The notes under the pieces are model-generated. The model did not search any database and was not told the DNA's origin. It saw only the letters and a program-made list of their open reading frames with translations. From the NCBI GenBank assembly GCA_022813965.1, contig JALDZS010000177.1, positions 1 to 48,538 of the forward strand: a stretch of 48,538 bases of DNA, in the 5' to 3' direction. Both the position numbers and the translations under genes were made by a program. Shown in pieces: positions 1-11,797 of the stretch; positions within the stretch are counted from its first letter, which is position 1, and the number at the start of each line of letters is the position of its first letter. Source of the stretch: Toensbergia leucococca (lineage: Eukaryota).

Positions 1-2002
1 CTGATAAGGTAGCTGTCCATATTGATAAGGCATAGACGGTGCTTGTGATTGATATGGTGGATGTTGATTTTCAGGCCTCTGATATGGATATGGGTAATTA
101 GGCTGTGAGCATTGATCAGATATCTGCGATTGCTGAGATTGCGGCCGAGAAAGTTGGACATTATTGCTTGATGGCGAAGACATTGCTGAGGTTTGCTGGC
201 TCAAAGTGACAGACTGCTGCGGTTGCTGATAGTACTGGGTCGAAAATTGCTGATTGAAATTCAAGGGCGAATGTGGATTACTGTTCTGCCTATAGAGCTG
301 AGATCCGTTCAGCATCTGAACCTGCTGCATCGGCATGAGAGATCCTGGGGCATTTGATACAGGCTGATATCCTGGGACGTAATTCTGCTGTAGCATTGCT
401 GAGCTCATGTTTCCAGGCTGACCCATTATACCAGCTTGTTGCTGGGTGTAAGGATTGAAAAAAGCCATCGAGCTTGCCGCTTGATCATACGTTGTGCCTG
501 GGTATTGCATTTCAGGATAGTACGCGTTGAACTGCGAGCGCGCCTGAAATCCGTCATCATTATTTTTCGCTTTCTTAGGTTTCTTTCTCCCATTAGTTGA
601 ACTTGCTCGAGAGACTTCGGTCGGAATCTCCATGTTAAGCGCAGCATCAGGATTATCAGGATCACCAAAGTCTTTGAATATACGTTCTCGTGTCTCCTTG
701 TACTTTGCCTCCCTTTCTTCTCGAGTCATGGCGGCTTTATCTTTAGCAGAGATGGACTCTGTTGGAGATGCGACACCCGTGCCTCGCTGGCTATCCTCGC
801 CAGCTTCGGAACCGGCTTTCGAGGGAGCGATTGAGCTTCCTGTCGTATCAAGTCCAGGCTCAACAGGTAGGCCATCCTTGCCTATGCCTGCTCGTCGCAT
901 GATTTTCATCGCCGGCTGGAAAGGAGGATTTGCATCAGTCGATGCTGAGAGTTTTGAGATTGCACTCAAAGGAGTAGGTCTGTAGTCCCGTGTCAGTCTA
1001 CTGGACCACAAGGGTGACAGTACTACAAGACTTACAGCCGACAGTATGGCGTCCTATAAAGCCGCACGGAACTGACAGCATTATCAACAAAATGGGTTAG
1101 GGCGTAATAGTCTGCTAATTTATGGGCGAGTAGTCTACAGAAAGAATTACAAGGGGGTAAATCTATCATAGGTTCCCTGAGTTCATGTGTTAGCCTTGTG
1201 AATGAAACATTCATAAGCATACTCACATTGAGTCTCTAACAAAAGTAATAACATCCTGCTCGAGACGCAGAAGGAAAAGGCGATCTTTGGGAGATTCAAG
1301 AGCTTCGAAGAGTTTCTCGTCGGGTTCTTGATAATCGAAATTGAAGGGAGCTCCATTCGTAAGGTTCACTTCAGGTCGCGGAATACTGACGGGCGCAGGT
1401 AGGGTAGGAAGAACTGGTGGGAGGGTACCTTGTGGGCTCTCCTCTTCAATACCTGGAATTCCTCGACGACTGTTTTGATTAGTACGATGAGAACCAGGAC
1501 CAATTCTCTCCGAAATTTCGTAGAACTGGTCGCGAAATGCTCTACTTCCAGCTTCTGATCCTACGCGAGAACTAGGCGCTGCAGAGGCGGGACCAGAATT
1601 AAACTCCTCTTCATCAGCAGCTTTTACGCTTGCACTATCATCAGGTCGAAGAGACTCTTTCTCATCCATTGCAAAAGTAGTACCGGAGGTAACACTCTTA
1701 CCATCCAGGCTGGTAGGCTTAGTGGAGGAGGAAGAAACGTGACTTTGATCATCGTCAAATCTGAGTCCAGCTCGAAGTGCATTGCCAACTTCCTGCTCGG
1801 ATGGCTTGTTCAACTGCGAGGGAACTTCTTTGATTGCTAACTTCGACATGGAGCTTTGAAGTTCCTGGTGCAGCTGTAATGTTGGAGTGTTCTCGATTGC
1901 AACCGTCTTGATAGTGGGGCCAGGACATGGATGATCAGCGTGTTTGCTCTCCCGATTTTCTGGGACTGTTGTAACACGGCCATTAGAAGCAGGCGGAGCC
2001 AT
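1..2002 (-). CDS. R3H- and SUZ-domain RNA-binding protein (ARPP21/encore-like), 3' end outside window
   Basis: Exons 2002-1227, 1176-1036, 979-<1 with canonical GT..CTRAC..AG introns. Spliced protein has LFLLRLEQDVITFV..EPMIDLPPCNSFCRLLAHKLADYYALTHFVD (R3H), MKIMRR and REEREAKYKETRERIF (SUZ), followed by a Gln/Asn/Pro-rich tail. Confidence 0.88.
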
Positions 2003-2845
2003 CGCTACAATCTATGAAAATATCAGCAGGGAGCCAGGTTTGGATGGTGAGTAGATGCAGTTTGACATACGCTTGCAAACGACGGCTTTGAGCCAGATGT
2101 TTTTGAAGGACGTGCTGCCATTGTGCGCCAGTAGTGAAATGGATAACAACTTGATTACGCCCAAAGGAATTTGTATGCGACAGAACCAAGCTGTATTTCG
2201 CAATCCGATAAAAGAGTGTAAATTTTGGGTATGTAGAAGGCAAGAAGTCAAGGAGAAGGCATTTCAAACAGACTGGACGACACTGAGGTGAGATGCCTTG
2301 ACATTACGAAGGCTCGCCATGTGAATTGACAGAGCGTGTTCGAGGTTATTCCAGCGACGACCCCTCACAGCTCGGCGATAATAGGATTGTAAGGTGTAGA
2401 ACTAGACCGGGAATGTGAGTTGGCAGATGCCACGACTTTCGAGGATGGTAGTCAAGAGTACGGATACAGTAGACCCTTTGCCGTTGTCAAAAGTCCTCAC
2501 AGGTATTAATGAAGAGAAGTGGAGGAGTTGGAGATGCAAATGATCTCAACGGTGAAGTCGGGGCTGATGAAATGGTAGCCTGAGGTGCGTTTGACTAGCG
2601 CGGTACCAAGGCTCGTGCTAGGCAAGACGGAGAAGAGGGCGAAGAGTCGGAGTCGGAAGAGGGAGGAGGGTCACATTATTGGTAAGACGAGTGATTGCAC
2701 CTGCATTAACCTCTTCACATGAACACCACTTACTGACTTTGTACATCCACTCCAATCAAGCATTCCTCGATTGTAGCTTTCTTTAACCATTTCAATCCAT
2801 TCATTGTGTATCTTAATCTCGTACACCTATCAGTCTTCCCCTTCG

Positions 2846-3922
2846 ATGAACCGCTTCCGCGGTCCACCCTTTACAGGACCCTCCAAGGCTTCACCTCAGA
2901 CGCTGTGCCAAAAATGCTTGAAACGAGATGAGTAACTCCAGCCATGCGTCAGGCATTCATGTCTGACCAACTCAAACGGCATTACAGTTACCAGTGTACA
3001 GGCAGTGCTCAAGACAGACCTTATGCCTCGAGACCATCACGTACTCAACAATTGGCAAATCCAAAGCTCATGCCAAAGTTGACCAGTGACGTCCCCAATG
3101 ACCTACTCCGGAAGTGAGTCATTTAAAAGCCGTGTACCAGGCACAACAGCACTGACGTTCCTTAGAAAGGGCATTGCCGATGAGCAACTTGCAAAGAAGG
3201 AGGAGGAACGAGCCCGGATTCGTACGGCAGAGGGGAACGATCCCATGATCGGGTCACGGAAACGCCCTAGGTCTATATCCTCATACTCGTCGACATCGGT
3301 ATCTACAATATCTACTGACATTTCTCGTTCACCCTCGCCGAAGCGTGTAAACGTACGTCGTGGAGGAACACACCATGGCTTACACAAAGACCGTCATGGA
3401 TTATCCAGTCCCAAGACAGGTCGTTATGGGTCAAGGTACTCCAGGTCTTCCTCTATGTCATACACATCGCAATCGTCCTACGAAAGGAGACATAGCGGTC
3501 GTTCTGAAAAAGAGGATCGCAACACTAGGCGGCGGCGCTCTTCTATTAGTCCAGATGTTCGTGGACGACAGCGGAGTCATTCTAGAAGAAAAGGATCTCG
3601 AAGGACGAGGAGTCGGAGTAGTAGCAGAGATAGAAGTCAAGTGGCTCGAAATCGCCAGTCAATGACTCCTGGATTTCCTCCAAGGGAGCGGCTCAACACA
3701 CGGGAACATCAACTGATGACAAAAGAGGGACCACCTTTGAGAGATAGAAATCGACGGTACACCAATGACGACGATCGGTATGGAAGTAGCTTCAGAGACC
3801 AAGGCCGCAATCCTAGAGACGCACGACCACCACCGCCGAGTCGGCCAACTTGGAAGGAACGAAGTTTAAGCCCATTCAGCAAGCGCTTGGCACTTACTCA
3901 AGCTATGAACATGGGTAATTGA
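2846..3922 (+). CDS. CCHC zinc-knuckle, Ser/Arg-rich protein (zf-CCHC_6 / ZCCHC10-like)
   Basis: ATG 2846 MNRFRGPPFTGPSKASPQTLCQKCLKR; intron 1 at 2928-2977 (AT-AC) or 2932-2987 (GT-AG); then (GH)YSYQCTGSAQDRPYASRPSRTQQLANPKL; intron 3114-3165; RS-rich body ending ERSLSPFSKRLALTQAMNMGN. Confidence 0.85.
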
Positions 3923-4385
3923 ACGTTTTGTACGTAATAATATTGGCGCCTGATGAGTCTTTGTACAGATTATGGATACCCCGGATTGGAATTGCACTTG
4001 GGCAGGAAATCTCACTCAAAAGCACATACATAATTAATGCTCACGCAGCAAAATACCCTTTGTAGGCCAGAAATTATTGTCCAAATGATGATAGAGAGCT
4101 TCTATACAGAATGAGGTGACAAAATTAAAACAATATCCACTCTACCTGCCTATTGAAGTCTTTTGCTGAGTAAGTTTTTAATATTCGTGCCGTCACCACG
4201 TAAGGCTGAAAAACCCCTATGCACGTCATACCTACCTATGCCTCACTAACAAAGTTACCTATCTAGCTCACCATTTGATTTCCCAGCTCACCTCAAGAAA
4301 AATCCCCAGGCTCCAAAAACACCCACAACAGCTCTCCCTACCTACCCCACACCCTCTCGCCTCCCCAAACCCCTCCCCCACAACC

Positions 4386-4940
4386 ATGTCCTCGACCCAC
4401 ACCTCCCTCGACGCCGCCTCCACCGAACGCAAAGCCCGCCTCACAAAACTAAAATCCCTAAAACGAAAACCCCCCTCCCCCTCCACCTCCCCCCCTCTCA
4501 ACCCCACCTCCCGCACCTCCCCTCCCCCCCCATCCTACCTCTCAAACCGCAACTACGACCCCATGACCCGAGGCCCCAAACTCGGCTTCGAAAACCCGCC
4601 CTCGCTCACGCTCCCCACCCTCGAAACACGCGCCTCCGCCATCGCGGAAACGACGACGGCGGAAGCGGAGGCGCAGCAGGAGGAGCGGCCGATTGATCTG
4701 TTTCGGTTGCAGCCGCGGCGGCCGAATTGGGATTTGAAGCGGGATGTGGAGAGGAGGATGGAGGGGGTGAGGGGGAGGACGGAGGAGGCGATTGCGAGGT
4801 TGGTTCGGGAGAGGGTTGGGAAATTGGAGGGTGCGGGGATGGGGATTGGAGGGGGGGAGTTGGTGGAGGGGGTTAGGGGGCGGGAGAAGGAGGGGGAGGA
4901 GGAAGAGAGGAGGGGGGGAGAGGAGGAGGGTGGGGTTTGA
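4386..4940 (+). CDS. cwf18: Cwf18/CCDC12 pre-mRNA splicing factor
   Basis: MSSTHTSLDAASTERKARLTKLKSLKRK, LSNRNYDP, IDLFRLQPRRPNWDLKRDVERRME..TEEAIARLVRER match cwf18 family motifs; intronless. Confidence 0.88.
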   Translation: MSSTHTSLDAASTERKARLTKLKSLKRKPPSPSTSPPLNPTSRTSPPPPSYLSNRNYDPMTRGPKLGFENPPSLTLPTLETRASAIAETTTAEAEAQQEERPIDLFRLQPRRPNWDLKRDVERRMEGVRGRTEEAIARLVRERVGKLEGAGMGIGGGELVEGVRGREKEGEEEERRGGEEEGGV

Positions 4941-6014
4941 GGTGGGGGTTTCTTTGTTGTGCCAGATGGGGAATCGCTGGGAGTTGTTCCGATCCTCAAA
5001 AATATCAATGGGGGCGCTGCGTCTCTATTACGCATGGTTGTGGGGCGATGCGATCCACCTATACGCGGCGGTACTGGCAATGTATCTTCCTTTCTACGGC
5101 TCTCTGAAGCCGAGGAAGCTCTCAACTTGATTCGGTCATCAGCCGTGTCATCTAAATTACTGAAATCTCCACCGAAAGATCCACAAATCATTACTTGAGA
5201 AACACTAGATGTTTCTAGAGGACCCACAAATATCATCAGAAACGCAGCAAACCCCATGCCCCGTCCCCCCTCTACTTGCATCCTTGAATTCATCTATCCG
5301 TCTACTCCATACGAACCCAACTTCAGATCCCCCTCTGCATCCGACCATAAGCCGAAGGAAAGCCGATAAGACTAGGTGTTCTTGTCATCGTGCCAATGTT
5401 TCGTGTGGTTAGGAACTTCCTCCATGGGAAAACTCTACGTCCAGATCAAAGGAAGGCTCGAGCTGCACTTCCTTCTACGTCTCCTTCGTCATTGTTGCTA
5501 GCATGTGGGAGTGGAGTCGTCCTCTCCCAAAGAGCATTATTTGTTTACTGATCCACAAGGCGACCTTGGCGGCGATGGTGTTGTCTTCGTAAGCCAAGTC
5601 GGCTTCCGCCAAGCTGAAGATAGAGCCTTTGGCTGGTGAAAAACTTGGTATGATCGTAGCCATGGATGAGTTTGTCGGGCGAGATGATTGTGGAATGGAT
5701 GTCGTGGGTGGCATGTTGCCAGTCGTTGGGCTCGAATGCGATAAAGGCTGGACATAGGCATTCTACTGGGCTCTTAGCACTACCTTGCGCCAACTGAAAT
5801 CATAGGAAATGGAGATGTGCCAAAGGAGGAGCTTCCTTTTCGTTCGGAGGAAAAGAAGATGTTGTGAAAGTAGCAATAGAAGACGCCAAGGCGTGTGCAG
5901 CGCAGGTTTGCAGAATTTTGACGGACTGTTCTGCAACAAGATAAATATCCAATTGGAATAACCACAATGTCCGATATCGTAACAATATGACTGCTCAACG
6001 GCAGCCAGAGGTCA

Positions 6015-7734
6015 TCATATTACTCCATCCTTCGACCCGCAACAATCGTTGGAAATATAGGTAGAGTTGCAAGAACACTGGTATGATGCACCCCGCTCAT
6101 CTATATACTGCAGGATACCTCTTCCTCCAAGCGAACTCGCAGCAACATGAGCGAGCACAAGACAGACAGGAACCGGAGCGAAAACACTTAGACCGAGGGT
6201 CCTAGCATCCTCAGGTGAGGGTAAGCCGCAGAAGCAATCAGCATTGGAATCACCAGATCCGCATTCCTGAGGCCCGTTGCAATACATGCCGCACTCGGTG
6301 AAATTGTGAGAATTCGGGCTCTTGATGACTTGAGTCGTGTTTGGGGGAGTCTGCGGAATAGGTCCGAGGATATCCACTGGCCATGGGATCGGGCAGAATT
6401 GCTTTCCGTCAAAACCGCAGGTGCCAGCAGAGTTAGTCGGTGACAGCCGACTGACTGGAAACTGAGGAGGGAGTATTTGCATGATGGTTGACTCGGTTAC
6501 TGATTCCTCTGTATCCGGTCCATCCAAGGTCATTGAGCCATCCAAGTGTAGAACTAGGAAAAGGTTTGGACTCGTGGCGATCAACCACACTACAACTCCG
6601 ACCTCGAATTTGGTTATGTCCTCCCGAGCTTGTTCATTTACACATACACAATGCGCCCGACACCAAATCCGTACTGTGGCCGAAAACCGAAAGTTACCGC
6701 CCCCCCAGGTCCAGTCTAGTCTAGGTGTGAACTCGTCCGAGAACCAGACTGTGGCTTCTCTGCTATGGTCATCCACGTCGTCATCACTACGATGGCAGTA
6801 TCCTCCGGCATTCGCATCACTGAACACAGCATACGGTCAGTACAAAAGAACACGTACATGGTATGGGAAACAAGACTGACGGGTTGCCTCCGAAGAATTG
6901 TACTGAACATAGCGCTTGCATACTGTTGAAGTCTGACCAACTGTATGGCCCTGGCATCGGGAAATTAGGCAGTCCACCATGGCACACAATGTAATTGCCG
7001 AGAGCCATGATTGTGTCAACGTAACGTGGATTACCATCATGGTTGAAATGCGAAGCAATGCCGTTGTAATCTCGAGTTGCAACGCGTGCGCTGTCCCATA
7101 TTTGTTGATCATCTCCTCCATTCTTTGGTAAGGGCATAATGACGTTTGTGGAGGGATCTTCGAGAATGACTGGCCCTATGTTCTGTATCCATGGCTCATC
7201 AAAATCATCGACTGAGTCGATAAGAATCTCGTATGCCTGATCGGCGACCGCCTCCCTCGGTTTTCGGACTGCTCTTGGTTGAGCTGCGTTCTCTGGAAGG
7301 CCTCGGTTGCAGAAGCAGCGGTAAGAACATGCTAGCATCGTTCGCGGGTTCTGGAGCACTGTGTTTGCCTCTCCCTCTGCGCTTATATCAAACGCTACCA
7401 TCCATAGGGTGGGATCTGACGAAAACGTCGAACACCAGCCGCCAATGTTCTGCCCAGGTCGCCCACCGCCGAATTGTGGTTTTGCGCAGAATTGCTGCAT
7501 GGTCAACTCATTTGGATTGAAGCCCGCTACAAGGGGTAGATCTAGGGGATATTTGTTACCAACACAGGTTATACTGCCAAAGTTGTCTACGGCTTGAGCA
7601 GCAGGGCTCACTGGCGGAGATTGACCTGGAGTAATAACCGCCAGAACACTCGGAGCGCAAGCAATCAAGATAAGCAGTGGCAGGCGAGGTAGTACCAAGC
7701 AGGCAAGCAGTGATAGTAGGCCACATGGTGGCAT
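6015..7734 (-). CDS. Secreted cysteine-rich protein of unknown function with an internal duplication
   Basis: Hydrophobic N-terminus (LLSLLACLVLPRLPLLILIACAPSVLA); intron 6880-6820 (GTCAGT..CTGAC..CAG) joins ORFs 6817-7761 and 6015-6827 in frame; two related Cys units and a Cys-rich C-terminus. Confidence 0.75.
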
Positions 7735-8565
7735 GTTCAGACCAACGCTGTGAAATTGCAAGAAGGCAACGTCAAGAAACAGTGAAGGTGCAATGGGAAA
7801 AGATTTCTACGACATATTGAAGTTCATGGTTCTCATGCCATCCAAATAGAGATGTGCGCAAAGCAGCTCTTTCCCCGAAGCTGTGGGTTGTGCGCTAGAC
7901 GGAAATGTAGTTGAAACATCTAGGACACAAATTGTAGCTCGAAACGTCCCAGGAAAATCCACCGGTAATGAGCAATAACTTAGGAGGATGAAATCATAAA
8001 TCACGGAGGAGAAAATGTTTGAAAATGTGCTCTTGCAGATATCTAGCCCGCACGGAATACCCACGAACCATGTGAGAAGGGATTATCAGCACATACATGA
8101 TCCCAATTCGTGGAGCTTTTGGACATAAGCATCTACCTAGATGGTTTATGATTGCTTGTGAAGGTACTCTCTGAGGTATGTTGGTTTGACAGTCATTGTC
8201 TTTGATGGTAGGACTGTTCCTATTGCAGGGCTGGCTGTGGGAACATGAGAAGACAAAGGTCGTTTGTAGAATTTACATACCAATACTTTTGGCCTGTATG
8301 AATTATTGAAGTCAAGATTACCTAGGTCTGGATCTCGTGGGGTCTGAGAGTGGGACAAGGCGAGGGCTAAATTACGACCACGTGCGTATTGGCGTTCATG
8401 GCTTATACAGTCGCCCGTAGAAATAGATTATGCCACCGCAATCTATCCGTACCCTACGGAGTACTTCCTACACAGTACAGAATACGGAAGTAAAATATTC
8501 AAACATCGAAATCACGCGCCAGACTGGTCTTGACAAACATGGGATCATGAGCAGCACACACTTCC

Positions 8566-11550
8566 ATGCTCAGTCGCTGCTTACTTTCGCAACCATGTCT
8601 AGAATTGCCAACAATCCCAGCTCTAGTACTTCCAACGCGCATACTCCTTCCAAACCCAACACAAAGCCAATACTTTCGTCCCCTACACACTGAAGTTTCT
8701 GCAGCTTCACGGAAACTTCGCCTCTGCAAGAGCAATAACAATGAAGCTGTTGTGAAACAAGAAGATGTTATGATACAAGTTTGTCTGCCAGATCCATTCG
8801 ACAAGACCGGCTCAAGTGTGCCTTCACGCAAGAGCAATGAATGGCAGATTCCGAGAGCATCCAGGCCGTTGCAGGCTCGGGAGGGATATCCGCCATTACA
8901 GGTTCGGGTATCATACAGGCCATTACAGACTCCGAGAGCGTCCGGGCCGTTAGAGGCTTGGAGAGCATCCAGGCCATTGCCATTACAGGCTTTGAGAGCA
9001 TCCAGGCCGTTACGGGCTTCAAGAGCATCCAGGCCATTGCAGGCTCGGGAGGGATATCCGCCATTACAGGTTCGGGTATCATACAGGCCATTGCAGACTC
9101 CGAGAGCGTCCAGACGGTTACAGGCTTCGAGAGCATCCAGGCCTTTACAGGCTTCGAAAGCATCCAGGCCAGTGCAGGCTCGGGAGGGATATCCGCCATT
9201 ACAGGTTCAGGTATCATACAGGCCATTACAGACTCCGAGAGCGTCCGCGCCATTGCAGCTTTGGACAGCAAACAGGCCACGAGCAAGCATTGGATCTTTA
9301 GATGGTAGAAACAGAAGGAAGCTCGAGAAAAAAGGGAACCCATCACGCCGAAGCATTCGTTTTGAGTGCGTGAGGGGTAGAAATTTGAAAAAAATCAACA
9401 ATGCCACACTGCAGCCGTGGACGGTATTGAAGCCTGGCCATCGCTTCCAACCACTCACGATTAGTGACTGGAAAGAACTGAGTACGGACCGAATGGAAGC
9501 GAGAAATGACTGGATAGAACCGAGTACAGACCCCATGGAAGCGAGAAAGGACTGGACAGAAGCGAGTATAGACCGAGTGGAAGCGACCAAGGACTGGAGA
9601 AAAGCGAGAATGGACGACGAGTGGCATGAGTCTGTCTCCCTTGGAAAGCACCGGAAAGACGTAAGAAACCGTTCACGTAGATCCGTGCGGCAAATAGGCT
9701 TGACTCATGCCTTCTCTGCAGTTTGGACTGTTAACTACGCTATCCTCAGAGCTGCCGTCAATTACCCAGAACCAGACAAGAGTGTTGAGCTCCAGCTTGA
9801 TGTTCGAACAAAAGGCTGGATACAAAACTTTGGCGGTGCCAGTATAGACAAAGCCTCGGCCACAAAGGAGTTGAAAAGAATACCATCATGGAGGCGAGAG
9901 GATGTTTTTCAGAACGTCATGCTACGAATGCTAAAGGACAGTCCCGAGCACGCCTTAGTAATCCTAGATGCTGCAATGTCCTTTCCATTGTTTACGCCTT
10001 CAGACTTTGCTTTGACCGAAAGCCTAGTACTCCTTTCTTCCATTTTCCTAGCCAAGGTGGATACACCAGATCCTTTGAAACTCGACACAATTCACCGTCT
10101 CGCTTGCAAGTACTTCCAACAATATCAAATGAGTGATGCAAGATCACCTCAGGTCCCTCAGGCAATCAATTATTTACTTGTAAAGCATTGCGATGAACCT
10201 CAGATCGATCAGCTCCTAAAGGCAATTGGTACACACAACGCCTTTCTCACCGTAAATACTCAACTTCAAATCATGACCAAATTCATCGAATGGGGGAGAA
10301 TTACTGCTGCTCTAGACGTCCTTCGAGGCATTGCTATCTCAGGTCACGACCTGACTGCAGATCGGGTTCAAAGTGTGTGCGTCCGGTTGCTGCGAACCCG
10401 CTTTGGTCATGATGATTGGTACAATGTCCATCTTAACATCATGGCTCAGATGCTTGAGATGGGCGTGCGGCCAAACCTGATCCTGTACAATACCATCCTC
10501 CTAAATGCCGCCGAAGCTGGGGATTTCAAGATGGTGTGGCACGGGTATGACTTGGCTAAGGAGAACGGCCTCAAACCAGACACACACACATATGCAATTC
10601 TTTTCAAGGCAGCAAGACTCAGCAACGATAGCGATGCCCTCGACCAAATCACGCATGAGGCAAATGAAACTGGCATACTGGCTGAGGATCAACGTCTCGT
10701 CACTGAGCTCCTCTACGCCATCCATGCCATCGAACACGTCAAGAGCCACCCAGAAGCCCGCCGCGTCCGTTACCCACAAGCTCCCGGCGTCTTCACCACC
10801 TTGCTCCAAACCTTCAAGAAGTACTTTGACACCCGCATTTTCCAAGAACTAGGCATACTAGAAGTAGGCCTAGATCCCGACATCGCCAAGCCACCACCCT
10901 CTTCTCGAGCTGTAGGCATCATGTTATTAGAATACCTCTCTCGCAACCGAAACTCACCCCGTCTCTCTTACATTTATACCCGATATCTAAGCCTCATCTG
11001 CCAAAACCACCCCATCATCGCTCCCTTAGCAGAAACAGACCACATCCCAAACGCCTTCCTCACGGCTTGGGGCCGCATTCACGGCAGGCCTGACCTCCTT
11101 TCCCTTTGCTGCGTCGTCATCCAAAACATGCTCGAGCCTCCTCCAACAGCGGTCCCCCTCCAAATCGCCAAACCGACTGTGCAAACCTGGGGCATCCTCA
11201 GCGCCGCATACATCCATCACGGTCAACCAGCCGCTGCGGAAAAAATTCTTGCCGTCATGAAGCAGAAAGGGATGGTACTGAACCAGATCACGTGGAACAG
11301 CATAATTCGGGGCTATGCGGCGTTGCAGGATATTGAGAGGACGGTGGATGCGGTGCGCAGGATGGAGATGGAGGGGTTTGAAACGGATGGGTTTACGCTT
11401 GAGGGGTTGGGGAAGGTGAGGGATCGGGGGGCGTTGATGGAGGCCTTGAGGAAGACTATGGCTGAGGATGTGGAGGAGGGGAATAGGGAGGGTAGGGATC
11501 GTGAGGAGGTGATGGATGGAGTTGGGGGTGATGAGGGGGTGAGGGAGTGA
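8566..11550 (+). CDS. Pentatricopeptide-repeat (PPR) protein, probably mitochondrial
   Basis: 994-aa ORF; PPR motifs GVRPNLILYNTILLNAAEAGD, GLKPDTHTYAILFKAA, KPTVQTWGILSAAYIHHGQPAAAEKILAVMKQKG, LNQITWNSIIRGYAALQD; basic N-terminus. Confidence 0.88.
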   Translation: MLSRCLLSQPCLELPTIPALVLPTRILLPNPTQSQYFRPLHTEVSAASRKLRLCKSNNNEAVVKQEDVMIQVCLPDPFDKTGSSVPSRKSNEWQIPRASRPLQAREGYPPLQVRVSYRPLQTPRASGPLEAWRASRPLPLQALRASRPLRASRASRPLQAREGYPPLQVRVSYRPLQTPRASRRLQASRASRPLQASKASRPVQAREGYPPLQVQVSYRPLQTPRASAPLQLWTANRPRASIGSLDGRNRRKLEKKGNPSRRSIRFECVRGRNLKKINNATLQPWTVLKPGHRFQPLTISDWKELSTDRMEARNDWIEPSTDPMEARKDWTEASIDRVEATKDWRKARMDDEWHESVSLGKHRKDVRNRSRRSVRQIGLTHAFSAVWTVNYAILRAAVNYPEPDKSVELQLDVRTKGWIQNFGGASIDKASATKELKRIPSWRREDVFQNVMLRMLKDSPEHALVILDAAMSFPLFTPSDFALTESLVLLSSIFLAKVDTPDPLKLDTIHRLACKYFQQYQMSDARSPQVPQAINYLLVKHCDEPQIDQLLKAIGTHNAFLTVNTQLQIMTKFIEWGRITAALDVLRGIAISGHDLTADRVQSVCVRLLRTRFGHDDWYNVHLNIMAQMLEMGVRPNLILYNTILLNAAEAGDFKMVWHGYDLAKENGLKPDTHTYAILFKAARLSNDSDALDQITHEANETGILAEDQRLVTELLYAIHAIEHVKSHPEARRVRYPQAPGVFTTLLQTFKKYFDTRIFQELGILEVGLDPDIAKPPPSSRAVGIMLLEYLSRNRNSPRLSYIYTRYLSLICQNHPIIAPLAETDHIPNAFLTAWGRIHGRPDLLSLCCVVIQNMLEPPPTAVPLQIAKPTVQTWGILSAAYIHHGQPAAAEKILAVMKQKGMVLNQITWNSIIRGYAALQDIERTVDAVRRMEMEGFETDGFTLEGLGKVRDRGALMEALRKTMAEDVEEGNREGRDREEVMDGVGGDEGVRE
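8851..9275 (+). repeat. Coding minisatellite, about 15 x 27 bp with an 81-bp higher-order unit present three times
   Basis: 9-aa units RASRPLQAR / EGYPPLQVR / VSYRPLQTP recur; gagggatatccgccattacaggttc(g/a)ggtatcatacaggccatt occurs three times. Confidence 0.92.
9466..9615 (+). repeat. Coding tandem repeat, about 3.5 x 42 bp
   Basis: DWKELSTDRMEARN / DWIEPSTDPMEARK / DWTEASIDRVEATK / DWRKARMD. Confidence 0.85.
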
Positions 11551-11761
11551 TACCCGGGTCTCTTAGACGAATGGCTATATGTACATATTGCAAAACAAAG
11601 CAACATGCAACTCATTTTTATTTCCTCAATTCACTAATCACATTCTCCCCACTCCCCTTTTATCAACAATTTGCCTTTTGGCTCCACGATTCTATCTTGT
11701 CTCCGTCCTCCACTCCGTCACTGATACCTGCAATGGATATGTGGGTTTTTTTGAGCAGGCT

Positions 11762-11797
11762 GGGAGGGGAGGGGAGGGGAGGGGAGGGGAGGGGGGA
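11762..11797 (+). repeat. (GGGGA)n microsatellite with G-quadruplex potential
   Basis: gggaggggaggggaggggaggggaggggagggggga read directly. Confidence 0.8.

Noticed and set aside
4553..5293. 246-aa antisense ORF over cwf18 and similar shadow ORFs over TAF13, VPS29 and the GPI gene
   Set aside because: Antisense to clearly conserved genes; stop-codon depletion follows from C/G skew.
5475..5998. Possible gene remnant on the minus strand
   Set aside because: Short ORFs in several frames with no recognisable motif or consistent splice model.
8851..9615. CRISPR-like repeat array
   Set aside because: Contiguous in-frame coding tandem repeats without unique spacers, in a eukaryotic gene.
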